Assembly (NCBI GenBank): GCA_963707915.1
Contig: OY970178.1
Location: 544,001 to 608,000 of the forward strand
From: Candidatus Eiseniibacteriota bacterium
GTDB lineage: Bacteria > Eisenbacteria > RBG-16-71-46
DNA length: 64,000 nt
Direction of reading: 5' to 3'
This document shows, piece by piece, positions 30,294 through 41,819 of this stretch. The position numbers were made by a program, and so were the translations under genes. Every line of letters begins with the position of its first letter. Position 1 is the stretch's first letter. The notes beneath the pieces are model-generated. The model was not told where the DNA came from and searched no databases. It saw nothing but the letters and a program-made list of their open reading frames with translations.

Positions 30294-32582
30294 TTGGACC
30301 TCCTCGAGAGCCTCAATCCCGAACAGCGTGCCGCCGTCGAGCACCCCGGAGGGGCGCTGCTCGTCATCGCCGGCGCCGGCAGCGGCAAGACCCGCGTGCT
30401 CACCGCCCGGGTCGCGCGGTTGCTCGCGGACGGCGTGCCGCCGCGCGGGATCCTCGCGTTCACGTTCACCAACCGCGCCGCGCGCGAGATGCGGGCACGG
30501 ATCGACGCCGCGGTGGCTTCGTTCCTGCCGGCGGGCTCCGCGGCCGGCGAGATGTGGGTGGGGACGTTCCACGCGACCTGCGTGCGGCTGCTGCGGCGCG
30601 AGGCGGAGGCGGCGGGTATCCCGCGCGGATTCGCGATCTACGACCGCGAGGACCAGGAGACCGTGATCCGCGGCCTGGTCAAGAAGCTCGAGCTCCCGGA
30701 GGCGGCGTACCGGGTCGGGATGGTGCTCGCGCGCATCTCGGACGCCAAGAACGCGCTGGTGGGTCCGACGGAGTTCGCGGGCGCGGCGGCCAGCCCGCAC
30801 GAGCGTCGGCTGGCGGAGCTCTACGGTCTCTACCAGCGTGAGCTGGCGTGCAGCGGGGCGCTGGATTTCGACGACCTGATCGGCTCGACGGTGCGGCTGC
30901 TGCTGGAGCGGCCCGACGTGGCCGAGCGCTACGGGCGGCGCTTCCAGCACGTGCTGGTGGACGAGTACCAGGACACCAACCACGCCCAGTTCCGGCTGGT
31001 GCACGCGCTGGCGGCGGTGCACGGCAACCTGTTCGTGGTCGGCGACGACGACCAGTCGATCTACGGCTGGCGCGGCGCGGACCTGTCGAACGTGCTCGAG
31101 TTCGAGCGGGCCTTCCCGGGTTCGACGGTGCTGCGGCTCGAACAGAACTACCGCTCGACCGGGAACATCCTCGGCGCGGCGAACGCGGTGATCGCGCACA
31201 ACCGGGCGCGCAAGGGGAAGACCCTGTGGTGCGAGCGCGAGGCGGGGGCCCGGCTGCGCTTCGCGCTGGCGACCGACGAGTCCGACGAAGCCCGGCGCGT
31301 GCGGCGCTTCCTCGAGGAGCGCGTGCGGCGCGGGGGTCGGCTGGACGAGGTCGCCGTGCTGTACCGCACGAACGCCCAGTCGCGCGCGCTCGAGTCGGAG
31401 CTGCTCCACCAGGGGATGGCGTACGAGATCGTCGGGGGCGTGCCCTTCTACCAGCGGCGCGAGGTGAAGGACCTGCTGGCGTACCTGCGGGTGGCGGTGA
31501 ACCCCGCGGACGCGGTGGCCTTCTGGCGCATCTGGAACACTCCGCGGCGCGGCCTGGGGGCGGCGGTCCGCGCCGCGGTCGAGGCCGTGGTGTCGGGGCG
31601 CGGTGCCACCCCCGTCGAGGCGCTGCGCGTGCTCGTCCGCGAGGACGGCCTCGCGCGGGCGGCGGCGCAGGGGGCCGAGCGGCTGCTCGGCGTGATCGAC
31701 GAGCTGGCCGGTCGGCTCGAGGACCCGGTGGACGTCCTCCTCATGCGGTTGCTGGCGGGCACGGACTACCTGCGCCACCTCGAGTCGCTGGGGGAGGAGA
31801 ATCACGAGGACCGCCGGGCCAACGTCGAGGAGCTGGTGGCGACCGCCGGGGGCTTCGCGGCGCGTGGCGAGGGCACGCTCGCGGACTTCCTCGCCGAGAC
31901 CTCGCTGCTCAGCGACGCCGACCGGCTGGCCGAGGGCGTGGACCGCGTGCTGCTGCTGACGGCGCACAACGCGAAGGGACTCGAGTTCGACGCGGTCGTG
32001 GTGGCCGGGCTCGAGGAGGGGTTGTTCCCCCACGCCTCGTCGCTCGAGGATGACGCCGAGCTGGAGGAGGAGCGCCGGCTGTTCTACGTCGCCGTCACGC
32101 GGGCGCGGAACGAGGTGCTGCTGACGGCGGCGGCGACCCGACGGCGCTTCGGGGCGCTGGGCGGTCCGTTGGGGGGGCAGGTGTCGCGCTTCGTCGAGGA
32201 GATCCCCGCGGAGTTGCTGGACCGCGAGTTGTCGCCGGCCCTGGCGCGGCCGTCGCGGAGCGGCGGGGGCCGATGGGAGGGCGACGGGGCGGCCCGGGCG
32301 GCGGGTCCCTCCGCGGGGGCTTCGCGGCGCGGGTGGTCCGAGGGGTCGGGGAGCGCGGCGCGGCGCGCGGAGGGCGGCCGCGCGCCGGAGTCGGCCGGGC
32401 GCGGCGGGGCGGCGCACCGCGTGGTCGGCCGGGAGGTCTATCACGAGATCTTCGGTCGGGGTATCGTGGTGGACGCGGAGGGGCCGCCCGGCGACCTCAA
32501 GTGCACCGTGCGCTTCGCTGCCGGCACGAAGAAGGTGATGGGGCGTTTCCTGACGGGAGGAAGCGATGGCGATCCCGCGTGA
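30294..32582 (+). CDS. pcrA: ATP-dependent DNA helicase PcrA/UvrD
   Basis: LNPEQ, AGAGSGKT, VDEYQDTN, VGDDDQSIY, LEQNYRS, KGLEF, EERRLFYVAVTRA, C-terminal Tudor-like HEIFGRG. Confidence 0.96.
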   Translation: MDLLESLNPEQRAAVEHPGGALLVIAGAGSGKTRVLTARVARLLADGVPPRGILAFTFTNRAAREMRARIDAAVASFLPAGSAAGEMWVGTFHATCVRLLRREAEAAGIPRGFAIYDREDQETVIRGLVKKLELPEAAYRVGMVLARISDAKNALVGPTEFAGAAASPHERRLAELYGLYQRELACSGALDFDDLIGSTVRLLLERPDVAERYGRRFQHVLVDEYQDTNHAQFRLVHALAAVHGNLFVVGDDDQSIYGWRGADLSNVLEFERAFPGSTVLRLEQNYRSTGNILGAANAVIAHNRARKGKTLWCEREAGARLRFALATDESDEARRVRRFLEERVRRGGRLDEVAVLYRTNAQSRALESELLHQGMAYEIVGGVPFYQRREVKDLLAYLRVAVNPADAVAFWRIWNTPRRGLGAAVRAAVEAVVSGRGATPVEALRVLVREDGLARAAAQGAERLLGVIDELAGRLEDPVDVLLMRLLAGTDYLRHLESLGEENHEDRRANVEELVATAGGFAARGEGTLADFLAETSLLSDADRLAEGVDRVLLLTAHNAKGLEFDAVVVAGLEEGLFPHASSLEDDAELEEERRLFYVAVTRARNEVLLTAAATRRRFGALGGPLGGQVSRFVEEIPAELLDRELSPALARPSRSGGGRWEGDGAARAAGPSAGASRRGWSEGSGSAARRAEGGRAPESAGRGGAAHRVVGREVYHEIFGRGIVVDAEGPPGDLKCTVRFAAGTKKVMGRFLTGGSDGDPA

Positions 32583-32865
32583 CGAGGTCCGGCGCATCGC
32601 CGGGCTGGCGCGCCTGGAGATCCGCGAGGAGGATCTGGAACGCCTCGCGGCGGAGCTCTCGGCCGTGCTCGACTACGCGGAGGCCCTGAAGCGCCTCGAC
32701 CTGACCGGCTGCGAGCCGCTGAGCTTCGTCCCGCCCGGGGGCCCGCTGCGCCCCGACGAGCCGGACGGCCGGGGCCTCACGGCGCGGCAGGCGCTCGCGA
32801 TGGCGCCCGAGGCGGAGGGCGGGTTCTTCGTCGTCCCCGCGGTGCTGGAGGGCCAGGACCCGTGA
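32566..32865 (+). CDS. gatC: Asp/Glu-tRNA amidotransferase subunit C
   Basis: EVRRIAGLARL, LRPDEP, FFVVP; precedes gatA. Confidence 0.9.
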   Translation: MAIPRDEVRRIAGLARLEIREEDLERLAAELSAVLDYAEALKRLDLTGCEPLSFVPPGGPLRPDEPDGRGLTARQALAMAPEAEGGFFVVPAVLEGQDP

Positions 32866-34337
32866 CGTCGCGGGAACTGTGGCGCCTCTCGGCGCGCGCG
32901 CTGGCGGACGCGGTGCGCGCCGGCGGGTGCACGGCGCGGGAGGCCGTCTCCGCGGGCTGGGAGGGCCCGGCGGCCGCCTGGGAGCGCGACGTCCACGCGA
33001 TCGCGCACTCGGACGCCGAGGGGCGGGGCGCGGAGGCCGGGGCGGCGACCGCGGGTCCGCTGGCGGGCGTGCCGGTGGTGGTCAAGGACAACCTCTGCAC
33101 GCTGGGGCTCCCCACGACCTGCTGCTCGCGGATGCTCGCGGGCTACCAGCCTCCCTACGACGCCACGGTGGTGCGGCGGCTGCGCGCGGCGGGCGGCGTG
33201 GTCACCGGCAAGGGCAACATGGACGAGTTCGCGATGGGCTCGTCCACCGAGCATTCGTGCTATGGCCCGACCCGCAACCCGTACGACCTCGCCCGCGTGC
33301 CGGGCGGTTCGAGCGGGGGGCCCGCCGCCGCGGTCGCCTACGGTCTCGCGCCGCTGGCGCTGGGCAGCGACACCGGCGGGTCGGTGCGTCAGCCAGCCGC
33401 CTTCTGCGGGGTCATCGGCCTCAAGCCCACCTACGGCCGGCTCTCCCGCTACGGGCTCGTGGCGTTCGCCTCCTCGCTCGACCAGGTGGGCATCTTCGGG
33501 CGCCATGCCGGGGACGTCGCGCTGCTCTATTCGTTGCTCGCGGAGCCGGACCCGCTCGACGCCACCAGCCGGCCCGGCCCGCCGCCGGACGTGAGCGGCT
33601 GGGACGGCGGGGTGGAGGGCGTGCGCATCGGCTGGCCCGCGAACCTCTGGCGGGAGGGAGTCGCCGCCGAGGTGGTGGAGGGGCTCGAGGAGGCCGCGGC
33701 GGCGCTCGAACGGGCCGGAGCGCGGCGGGTGCCGCTCGACTTCCTGCCGGGGGAATACGCGGTCGCGACCTACTACCTGGTGGCCACGGCGGAGGCCAGC
33801 TCCAACCTGGCGCGCTTCGACGGCGTGCGGTATGGCCAGCGGGCGCCGGGGAGCGCCGACCTGCCCGCGCTCTACGCGCGCAGCCGCGGGGCGGGATTCG
33901 GCGCCGAGGTGCAGCGGCGCATCCTGCTCGGCACCTGCGTGTTGTCAGCCGGCTACCAGGACCGGGTCTACCTCACGGCGCAGCGCGCCCGCGCGCGGAT
34001 CCGCCGGGAGTACGAGGCGGCCTTCGCCCGCTGCGACCTCCTGCTCATGCCGGCCGCGCCGACGCTGCCGTTCCGGCTGGGGGAGAAGCTGGACGACCCG
34101 CTCGCCATGTACCTGAGCGACATCTTCACGCTGGGTGCGAACCTCGCGGGCATCCCGGGACTGAGCGCGCCGGTCGGGGCGGCCGCGGGCGGACTGCCGC
34201 GGGCGGTGCAGTTGCTCGGCCCCGACGACGGCGAGGGACTGTTGTTGCGGGCCGCGCGGGCGCTCGAGGTGCGGGGCGCGCGGGCGCGGCTGGATCGCTC
34301 CCACGAAGCGGAGTTCGCGTGGCCCACGAGGCGGTGA
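32862..34337 (+). CDS. gatA: Asp/Glu-tRNA amidotransferase subunit A
   Basis: VKDN, NMDEFAMGSS, PGGSSGG, GSDTGGSVRQPA, SSNLARFDGVRYG. Confidence 0.96.
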   Translation: MTSRELWRLSARALADAVRAGGCTAREAVSAGWEGPAAAWERDVHAIAHSDAEGRGAEAGAATAGPLAGVPVVVKDNLCTLGLPTTCCSRMLAGYQPPYDATVVRRLRAAGGVVTGKGNMDEFAMGSSTEHSCYGPTRNPYDLARVPGGSSGGPAAAVAYGLAPLALGSDTGGSVRQPAAFCGVIGLKPTYGRLSRYGLVAFASSLDQVGIFGRHAGDVALLYSLLAEPDPLDATSRPGPPPDVSGWDGGVEGVRIGWPANLWREGVAAEVVEGLEEAAAALERAGARRVPLDFLPGEYAVATYYLVATAEASSNLARFDGVRYGQRAPGSADLPALYARSRGAGFGAEVQRRILLGTCVLSAGYQDRVYLTAQRARARIRREYEAAFARCDLLLMPAAPTLPFRLGEKLDDPLAMYLSDIFTLGANLAGIPGLSAPVGAAAGGLPRAVQLLGPDDGEGLLLRAARALEVRGARARLDRSHEAEFAWPTRR

Positions 34338-35806
34338 TCGGGCTGGAGTGCCACATCCAGCTGCGGACCCGCGGCAAGATGTTCTGCGGGTGCCCGGCGG
34401 AGTTCGGCGCTGTCCCCAACGCCAACGTCTGCCCGGTGTGCCTCGGCCTGCCGGGCGCTCTGCCGAGGACGAACCGCGAGGCCGTGGTGCTCGCGCTGCG
34501 GCTCGGGCTGGCCCTGGGCTGCGCGGTCCGCGCGGAGAGCCGGTTCGCGCGCAAGCACTACTTCTACCCGGACCTGCCGAAGAACTACCAGATCACCCAG
34601 TATGACCGGCCGCTCTGCCACGGGGGCGCGCTGCCGGTGGAGGACGGAGGCGGCGGGCGCCGCTACGCGCTCGAGCGCCTTCACCTGGAGGAGGACGCCG
34701 GGAAGTCCTCGCACCCGGTGCGGGCCGGCGACCGGCCGTTCTCGCTGGTGGACTTCAACCGGGCGGGGGTGCCGCTGCTCGAGCTGGTGACGGCGCCGGT
34801 GTTCCGGGAACCGGCCGAGTGCGCCGCCTTCCTCGCGGCCCTGCGCCGCCTGGTGCGCTGGCTCGACGTCTCGGACGGCGACATGGAGAAGGGGCAGCTG
34901 CGCTGCGACGCCAACGTGAGCCTGCGGTCGGCCGGCGCCGAAGCGCTGGGGGTCAGGACGGAGCTGAAGAACCTCAACTCGATCCGGGGGGTCGAGAAGG
35001 GCCTGGCCGCCGAGATCGCCCGGCAGCGTCGGCTGCTCGACGCCGGTCGCCCGGTCGAGCCGGCCACCCTGCTCTACGACGTCGAGCACGACCGGCTGGC
35101 GGTGATGCGGTCGAAGGAGGCCGACCGCGACTACCGCTATTTCCCCGAGCCCGACCTGCCCGCCCTGTGCGTGGAGGACGCCGTCCTCGCGGCGGTGCGC
35201 GGCGGGCTGCCCGAGCTGCCGTGGGACCGGGCGGCGCGCCTGGCCGCGCGCCACGGGCTGTCCCCGCGCGACGCCGCGATCCTGTGCGGGCAGCGCGAGC
35301 TCGCGGATTACTTCGAGGCCTGCGCCGCGGTGGCGGACCCGGGGCTGGCGGCGAACTGGGTGATGACCGAGGTGCTGCGCGTGGTGCGCGAGCCGGCCGT
35401 GCCGATCGGGGCCTTCGCCGCGCGCGTGCCGGCGGCCCGGCTGGGCGGTCTCGTGGCGCGCGTCGCGGCGAAGGAGATCCCGGGACCGCTCGCGAAGCAG
35501 GTGTTCGCGTGGATGCTGGCGGAGGGCGGGGACGCGGACGAGTTGCTCGCACGCCACGGCGTGCGCGCGATGCGTGACGCCGCGGAGCTGCTGCCGCTGC
35601 TCGCGGAAGTGTTCGGGGAGCACGGGGCGGCGGTGGCGGAGGCCGTGGCCGGGAACCGCAGGACGGTGGAGTTCCTGGTCGGGCAGGTCATGAAGCGGAG
35701 CCGCGGCCAGGCCGTTCCGCGGGTCGTGCAGGAGCTCGTGGCGACCGAGCTCGCCCGGCGCGCCGCGGGGGGCGGTCCGCCCCGCGATCCCGCGGACGCT
35801 CCTTGA
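34319..35806 (+). CDS. gatB: Asp/Glu-tRNA amidotransferase subunit B
   Basis: IGLECHIQL, YFYPDLPKNYQITQ, LEEDAGK, RCDANVS, DYRYFPEPDLP. Confidence 0.97.
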   Translation: MAHEAVIGLECHIQLRTRGKMFCGCPAEFGAVPNANVCPVCLGLPGALPRTNREAVVLALRLGLALGCAVRAESRFARKHYFYPDLPKNYQITQYDRPLCHGGALPVEDGGGGRRYALERLHLEEDAGKSSHPVRAGDRPFSLVDFNRAGVPLLELVTAPVFREPAECAAFLAALRRLVRWLDVSDGDMEKGQLRCDANVSLRSAGAEALGVRTELKNLNSIRGVEKGLAAEIARQRRLLDAGRPVEPATLLYDVEHDRLAVMRSKEADRDYRYFPEPDLPALCVEDAVLAAVRGGLPELPWDRAARLAARHGLSPRDAAILCGQRELADYFEACAAVADPGLAANWVMTEVLRVVREPAVPIGAFAARVPAARLGGLVARVAAKEIPGPLAKQVFAWMLAEGGDADELLARHGVRAMRDAAELLPLLAEVFGEHGAAVAEAVAGNRRTVEFLVGQVMKRSRGQAVPRVVQELVATELARRAAGGGPPRDPADAP

Positions 35807-35832
35807 CCCTCGCACGGAGCACTCGATAGAGT
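35803..35832 (+). promoter_or_regulatory. sigma70 promoter upstream of tsaC
   Basis: TTGACC-N18-TAGAGT. Confidence 0.5.
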
Positions 35833-35915
35833 CGTGCCCCGGACGTCTGCCGCGTCCCCGTCGTTCCCCGGGCGCGTGCATGCGCCGGGCCCGTTCCGCG
35901 GAGTGGAGGCTGAGC

Positions 35916-36572
35916 ATGCAGGTCCTGCGCATCGACCCCGAGCATCCGGACGAGACCGCGTTGACCCGCACCGCGGAGGAGGTGCTGCGCGGCGGGATCG
36001 TGGCGTTCCCGACGGACACCATCTACGGGCTGGGGTGCTCGCTGTTCGACGCGGCCGCGGTGGCGATGCTGGCGCAGATCAAGCGCCGGGCGCCCAGCCA
36101 CGCATTCATCTCGCTCATCCCCGAGTCGATGCAGGCGTGGGGCCTGGCGGCCGACGTGAGTCCCGTGGCGGAACGGCTCATCGATCGCTTCTGGCCGGGC
36201 CCGCTGTCGCTGATCTTCCGTGCCTCGCCGCTGGTGCCGGAGCGCGTGCTGGGCCGCGGGGGCACGGTCGCCCTGCGGTGCCCGCGCGACACGCTGTGCG
36301 AACGCATCCTCGAGCGGATCGGCGGGCCGGTGGTCTCCTCCAGCGCCAACCTGTCGGGCGAGCCGCCCGCGGAGAGCGCCGCGGAGGTCGTGGCGATCTT
36401 CGGCAACCAGCTGGACCTGGTGCTGGACGGCGGCCCGCGGCACGCCCGGCCGCCGACGACGCTGGTGGACGTCAGCGGCGAGCGGCCGCGCCTGCTGCGG
36501 CGCGGCACCCTCGACGTGAGCGCGGAACTGGGTCCGTTCGACGACGAGACCCGGAGGCCTAAGGGGGCCTAG
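35916..36572 (+). CDS. tsaC: Threonylcarbamoyl-AMP synthase (YrdC/Sua5 family)
   Basis: VAFPTDTIYGLGC, K.R, FWPGPL, SSANLSG. Confidence 0.93.
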   Translation: MQVLRIDPEHPDETALTRTAEEVLRGGIVAFPTDTIYGLGCSLFDAAAVAMLAQIKRRAPSHAFISLIPESMQAWGLAADVSPVAERLIDRFWPGPLSLIFRASPLVPERVLGRGGTVALRCPRDTLCERILERIGGPVVSSSANLSGEPPAESAAEVVAIFGNQLDLVLDGGPRHARPPTTLVDVSGERPRLLRRGTLDVSAELGPFDDETRRPKGA

Positions 36573-36779
36573 CCTCGATGGTCCGCTCGGGCCGACGCGC
36601 CGCGGATGGCGGCGTGGGCCGCCACGAACCGCGCGCGGTGCAGCCGACACGACGAGCGGTGGAACCACGGGCGCCGGGCGTCGCGGATGCCCGCGAGCCG
36701 GTCCTTCGTGGGGCGACATCCTCCCGGACGAGCCAGGGGGGACATCCCCGGTCACGGACGACACCGGCGTCCGCGGGGT

Positions 36780-36808
36780 TTGACCCTTCCGCGGGCCGAG
36801 CCTATGCT
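36780..36808 (+). promoter_or_regulatory. sigma70 promoter; a leaderless transcript is possible
   Basis: TTGACC-N17-TATGCT, 8 nt before ATG 36817. Confidence 0.55.
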
Positions 36809-36816
36809 CGGTCGCG

Positions 36817-37308
36817 ATGATGTCCCGCACGCCGCCCTTCCGCCTGGTGTTGCTGTGCACCGGCAACACGTGCCGCAGCCCGCTGGCCGAGGCGCTGTTC
36901 CGCGAGGCACTGGGGCCGGATTCGGGACGAGTGGAGGTGGTGTCCGCCGGGACCGCGGCGTCGGAAGGGCAGCCGGCCAGCGTCGGGGCGAGCACGGTCG
37001 CGGCCCGGGCCGGGCTCGACCTGGGCGGCCATCGGTCGCGGCGGGCCAGCGCGGAGCTGGTGGCGGGCGCCGACCTGGTCCTCGTCATGGAGCACGAGCA
37101 CGCGCGCGTGGCCAGGGCCCTGGGCGCCGACCCGAGCCGCACCCACGTGCTGTCCGAGTGGCCCGAGCCGGGTGATCCATCGCTCGCCGTGTCCGACCCG
37201 TTCGGGGGTTCGTTGGAAGGATATGAAGAGTGTCTGGGCCGGATCCGGTGCCACGTCGACCGGATCGTGCCGCGCATCCGCGAGGCGTTGCGGTCGCGGC
37301 CGGCCTGA
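36817..37308 (+). CDS. Low-molecular-weight protein phosphatase, YwlE-like (probable protein-arginine phosphatase)
   Basis: CTGNTCRS P-loop, SAGT, DPFGGS. Confidence 0.88.
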   Translation: MMSRTPPFRLVLLCTGNTCRSPLAEALFREALGPDSGRVEVVSAGTAASEGQPASVGASTVAARAGLDLGGHRSRRASAELVAGADLVLVMEHEHARVARALGADPSRTHVLSEWPEPGDPSLAVSDPFGGSLEGYEECLGRIRCHVDRIVPRIREALRSRPA

Positions 37309-37340
37309 GCTTTCGTGCCGCATATCCCATGAGGTGAATC

Positions 37341-38291
37341 ATGCCGATGACCAAGGCGAAGAGCATCTGGATGAACGGGGAGCAGGTGCCTTGGGACGAC
37401 GCGAAGGTGCACGTGCTGACGCACGCGCTGCACTACGCCTCGAGCGTCTTCGAGGGCATCCGCGCGTACGAGACCCCGCAGGGCACGGCCATCTTCCGGC
37501 TCGAGGAGCACATCGACCGGCTGATGTTCTCGGCCCGGGTGTACCGGATGGAGCAGGAGCTGGCCTTCTCGCGTGACCGGATCCGCGACGCCTGCCTGCA
37601 GACGGTGGCGGCGAACGGGTTGAAGGACTGCTACATCCGCCCGCTGATCTATCGCAGCTACGAGCACATGGGAGTGAACCCCTTCGGCAACCCGGTGCAC
37701 GTGTGCGTGGCCGCCTTCATCTGGGGCCAGTACCTCGGGAAGGACGCGCTCGAGAAGGGCAGCGCGGTCAAGGTCGGGACCTGGCACCGCCTCGCCCCGA
37801 ACACGCTGCCGGTCATGGTCAAGGCCTCCGCCAACTACATGAACTCCCAACTCCTGAAGATGGAGGCCGTGGTGGAGGGCTACGACGAGGCGATCGCCCT
37901 CGACGTGAACGGGTACGTGAGCGAGGGCAGCGCGGCCAACGTCTTCGCCGTGGTCAAGGGCGAGATCCTGACCCCGCTGCTGGCGAACAGCGTGCTGGCG
38001 GGCATCACGCGCGACAGCGTCATCACGCTGGCGCGCGAGCTGGGCTACACGGTGCGCGAGCAGTCCCTGCCGCGCGAGATGCTCTACCTGGCCGACGAGC
38101 TGTTCTACAGCGGCACGGCGGTCGAGGTGACGCCGATCACCTCGGTGGACAAGATCCCGGTGGGCAAGGGCGTGGTGGGGCCGGTCACGCGGGCGCTGCA
38201 GAAGGCCTACTTCGCCGAGGTGCGGGGCGAGGCCCCGGATCGCCACGGCTGGCGCAGCCTGGTCCCGCAGGGCGCGGCCGCGGCGCACTGA
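37341..38291 (+). CDS. ilvE: Branched-chain amino acid aminotransferase
   Basis: [40 protein letters not shown]. Confidence 0.96.
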   Translation: MPMTKAKSIWMNGEQVPWDDAKVHVLTHALHYASSVFEGIRAYETPQGTAIFRLEEHIDRLMFSARVYRMEQELAFSRDRIRDACLQTVAANGLKDCYIRPLIYRSYEHMGVNPFGNPVHVCVAAFIWGQYLGKDALEKGSAVKVGTWHRLAPNTLPVMVKASANYMNSQLLKMEAVVEGYDEAIALDVNGYVSEGSAANVFAVVKGEILTPLLANSVLAGITRDSVITLARELGYTVREQSLPREMLYLADELFYSGTAVEVTPITSVDKIPVGKGVVGPVTRALQKAYFAEVRGEAPDRHGWRSLVPQGAAAAH

Positions 38292-38314
38292 GCCGCCGGG
38301 GCCCGGGAGGCGGT

Positions 38315-38782
38315 ATGAAGGTCGCGATCGGCACCGACCACGCGGGTTACGAGCTGAAGGAGCGCTTCAAGCGCGAGCTCGCGTCGCTGGGCCACGACGT
38401 GCGGGACGTCGGCACCGCCGCGGCTCTGCCGCCGGTGGACTACCCGGACTACTGCTTCCCGGTGGGCGAGCTGGTGGCGCGCGGCGCGGTGGATCGCGGG
38501 GTGGTGCTGGGCGGCAGCGGGATCGGCGAGGCGATCGCGGCGAACAAGGTGGCGGGCGTGCGGGCCGCCCTGGTCACCAGCGACGAGACCGCGCGGTTGA
38601 CCCGCGAGCACAACGACTCCAACGTCATGGCGGTGGGGGCCCGGACCAACCGTCACGACGACGCCGTGCGCTGGCTGCGCATCTGGCTCGAAACCCCCTT
38701 CGAGGGCGGGCGTCACGTCCTGCGACTCGAGAAGATCCGGACCTACGAGGACCTCCACTGGAGAAGCCGGCAGGCACCATGA
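38315..38782 (+). CDS. rpiB: Ribose-5-phosphate isomerase B
   Basis: [40 protein letters not shown]. Confidence 0.95.
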   Translation: MKVAIGTDHAGYELKERFKRELASLGHDVRDVGTAAALPPVDYPDYCFPVGELVARGAVDRGVVLGGSGIGEAIAANKVAGVRAALVTSDETARLTREHNDSNVMAVGARTNRHDDAVRWLRIWLETPFEGGRHVLRLEKIRTYEDLHWRSRQAP

Positions 38783-40047
38783 CCTCACTCCGCGAGCAGG
38801 ACCCCACGATCTTCGACGCCATCCATGACGAGCGCCGCCGCCAGCTCACCACCCTCGAGCTGATCGCCTCGGAGAACTTCGTCAGCGAGCCGGTGCTCGA
38901 GGCGCTGGGCTCGGTCATGACCAACAAGTACGCGGAGGGCCTGCCGCGCAAGCGCTACTACGGCGGCTGCGAGTTCGTGGACGTGGCGGAGGAGCTGGCG
39001 CGCGAGCGGGTGAAGCAGTTGTTCGCCGCCGATCACGCCAACGTGCAGGCGCACTCGGGGGCCTCGGCGAACATCGCGGCGTACCTCGCGGTCTCCAAGC
39101 CGGGCGACACGCTGCTTGGCATGAGCCTGGCCCACGGCGGGCACCTCACGCACGGCCACCCGGTCTCGTTCACCGGGCAGCTGTGGAAGTCGGTGCAGTA
39201 CGGCGTGCGCCCCGAGGACGGGCGCATCGACTACGAGCAGCTGGAGGCCCTCGCCCGCGAGCACCGGCCGCGGATCATCGTGGCCGGCGCCAGCGCCTAC
39301 CCGCGGATCATCGACTTCCCGCGGTTCGCGGCGATCGCGCAGGAGGTGGGGGCGAGCCTGGTCGTGGACATGGCCCACATCGCCGGGTTGGTGGCGGCCG
39401 GCCTGCATCCCAGCCCGGTGCCGCACGCCGACCTGGTCACGAGCACCACGCACAAGACGCTGCGCGGTCCGCGCGGCGGTTTCATCCTGGCGAAGGCGGC
39501 GCTGCTCGAGAAGCTCGACAAGAGCGTGTTCCCGGGGCTGCAGGGCGGGCCGCTGATGCACGTCATCGCGGCCAAGGCCGTGTGCTTCGGCGAGGCGCTC
39601 ACGCCCGGCTTCCAGGCGTACCAGCGGCGGGTGGTCGAGAACGCGCAGGCGCTGGCCCAGCGGCTGCTCGGCCACGGCATCGAGCTGGTGTCGGGGGGCA
39701 CGGACAACCACCTGATGCTGCTCGACCTGAGGAAGCGCGGTCTCACCGGCAAGCTGGCCGAGGAGGCGCTGCACCGGGCGCGCATCACGGTGAACAAGAA
39801 CGCGGTGCCCAACGACCCGCAGAAGCCGTGGGTCACCAGCGGCGTGCGCATCGGCACGCCGGCGCTCACCACGCGCGGATTCGGCGTGGCCGAGATGCAG
39901 GTCATCGGGGACTGCATCGCGAAGGTGCTGGAGAAGCCGGACGACACGACCCTGGCCGCGGCGGTGGAGCAGGACGTCCTCGCGCTGTGCTCGGGCTTCC
40001 CGCTGTTCTCCTGGGAGCCGGTGAAGCGGGCGGACGTAGCGCGGTAG
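38779..40047 (+). CDS. glyA: Serine hydroxymethyltransferase
   Basis: [39 protein letters not shown]. Confidence 0.98.
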   Translation: MTSLREQDPTIFDAIHDERRRQLTTLELIASENFVSEPVLEALGSVMTNKYAEGLPRKRYYGGCEFVDVAEELARERVKQLFAADHANVQAHSGASANIAAYLAVSKPGDTLLGMSLAHGGHLTHGHPVSFTGQLWKSVQYGVRPEDGRIDYEQLEALAREHRPRIIVAGASAYPRIIDFPRFAAIAQEVGASLVVDMAHIAGLVAAGLHPSPVPHADLVTSTTHKTLRGPRGGFILAKAALLEKLDKSVFPGLQGGPLMHVIAAKAVCFGEALTPGFQAYQRRVVENAQALAQRLLGHGIELVSGGTDNHLMLLDLRKRGLTGKLAEEALHRARITVNKNAVPNDPQKPWVTSGVRIGTPALTTRGFGVAEMQVIGDCIAKVLEKPDDTTLAAAVEQDVLALCSGFPLFSWEPVKRADVAR

Positions 40048-40070
40048 CGCCGACGCCCGCAGCGATCGGT

Positions 40071-40104
40071 GGCCGGCCCCCGGGGCGCCTCCCGGGGGCC
40101 GGTT
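40071..40104 (+). terminator. GC-rich hairpin after glyA (terminator-like, weak U tail)
   Basis: GGCCGGCCCCCGGGG-CGCC-TCCCGGGGGCCGGTT, 15-bp stem including G-U pairs. Confidence 0.55.
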
Positions 40105-40233
40105 CGTGCAAGGTGAAGCGCGCGCCGGGTCAGGATGCATCGCGCGCGGGCCGGGGCCCGGGGTGCCGCGTGAGGTGCGGGCCCGGAACGGTTGTCCTGC
40201 AACGCGTTGGGGGCATCGGCCATCGCCGCCGGG

Positions 40234-40248
40234 TGGCACCGTTCCTGC
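40234..40248 (+). promoter_or_regulatory. sigma54 (-24/-12) promoter candidate
   Basis: TGGCACCGTTCCTGC has the exact GG-N10-GC spacing. Confidence 0.6.
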
Positions 40249-40261
40249 CTATGCGGCCGGT

Positions 40262-40681
40262 GTGCGACTTTGCCTGGTCTCCCTGCCCGACATCCTCGAG
40301 TCCCCGCGCACCTGGGCGCTGGCCTGCCGGCACCCATGGCTGTTCGACGGCGAGACGTTGCACCTGGCGGGGCTGCGCGCGGCCTGGGCCGGGGAGCACG
40401 ACACCGCCATCCGCCTGTTCGAGGGCGCGGCCCGGCGCTACCGGGCGGCGCTCCGGGTGGAGCCCCTTGCCCGGGTGCGCGTCCACCAGCTCATGGTCCG
40501 CGCCTGCGCCGCCGGCGGTTGGATCAGCCCGTTGTCGCTCGAGGTGGACCGGGCGCTCACCCGGCTCGAACAGATCGAATCCCCGGAGCCGCCCTTCGAG
40601 CTGGTGCCGGCCCACGTCCTGCTCGCGAACTGGCTCGCGGGCACCGGGCCCGAGAGCGACGCGGGGCGGCTCGCGGCCTGA
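40262..40681 (+). CDS. Hypothetical helical protein (about 139 aa)
   Basis: GC3-biased ORF filling the gap between glyA and moxR; no family recognised; start uncertain. Confidence 0.6.
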   Translation: MRLCLVSLPDILESPRTWALACRHPWLFDGETLHLAGLRAAWAGEHDTAIRLFEGAARRYRAALRVEPLARVRVHQLMVRACAAGGWISPLSLEVDRALTRLEQIESPEPPFELVPAHVLLANWLAGTGPESDAGRLAA

Positions 40682-40829
40682 GTCCCCCGCGCGGGGCGCG
40701 ACCGGCGCCCGGACCGCGTCCTCCTCCTGCGCGGATTGAACTCGACCGCCGCTCCGATATACTGCGCGCGCACCCGCACCCGCCGAGACGGCCCGATCTC
40801 CGCGTCGCACCTTCCCTGGAGGAGCCTGC

Positions 40830-41816
<987 letters not shown>

Positions 41817-41819
41817 GTC

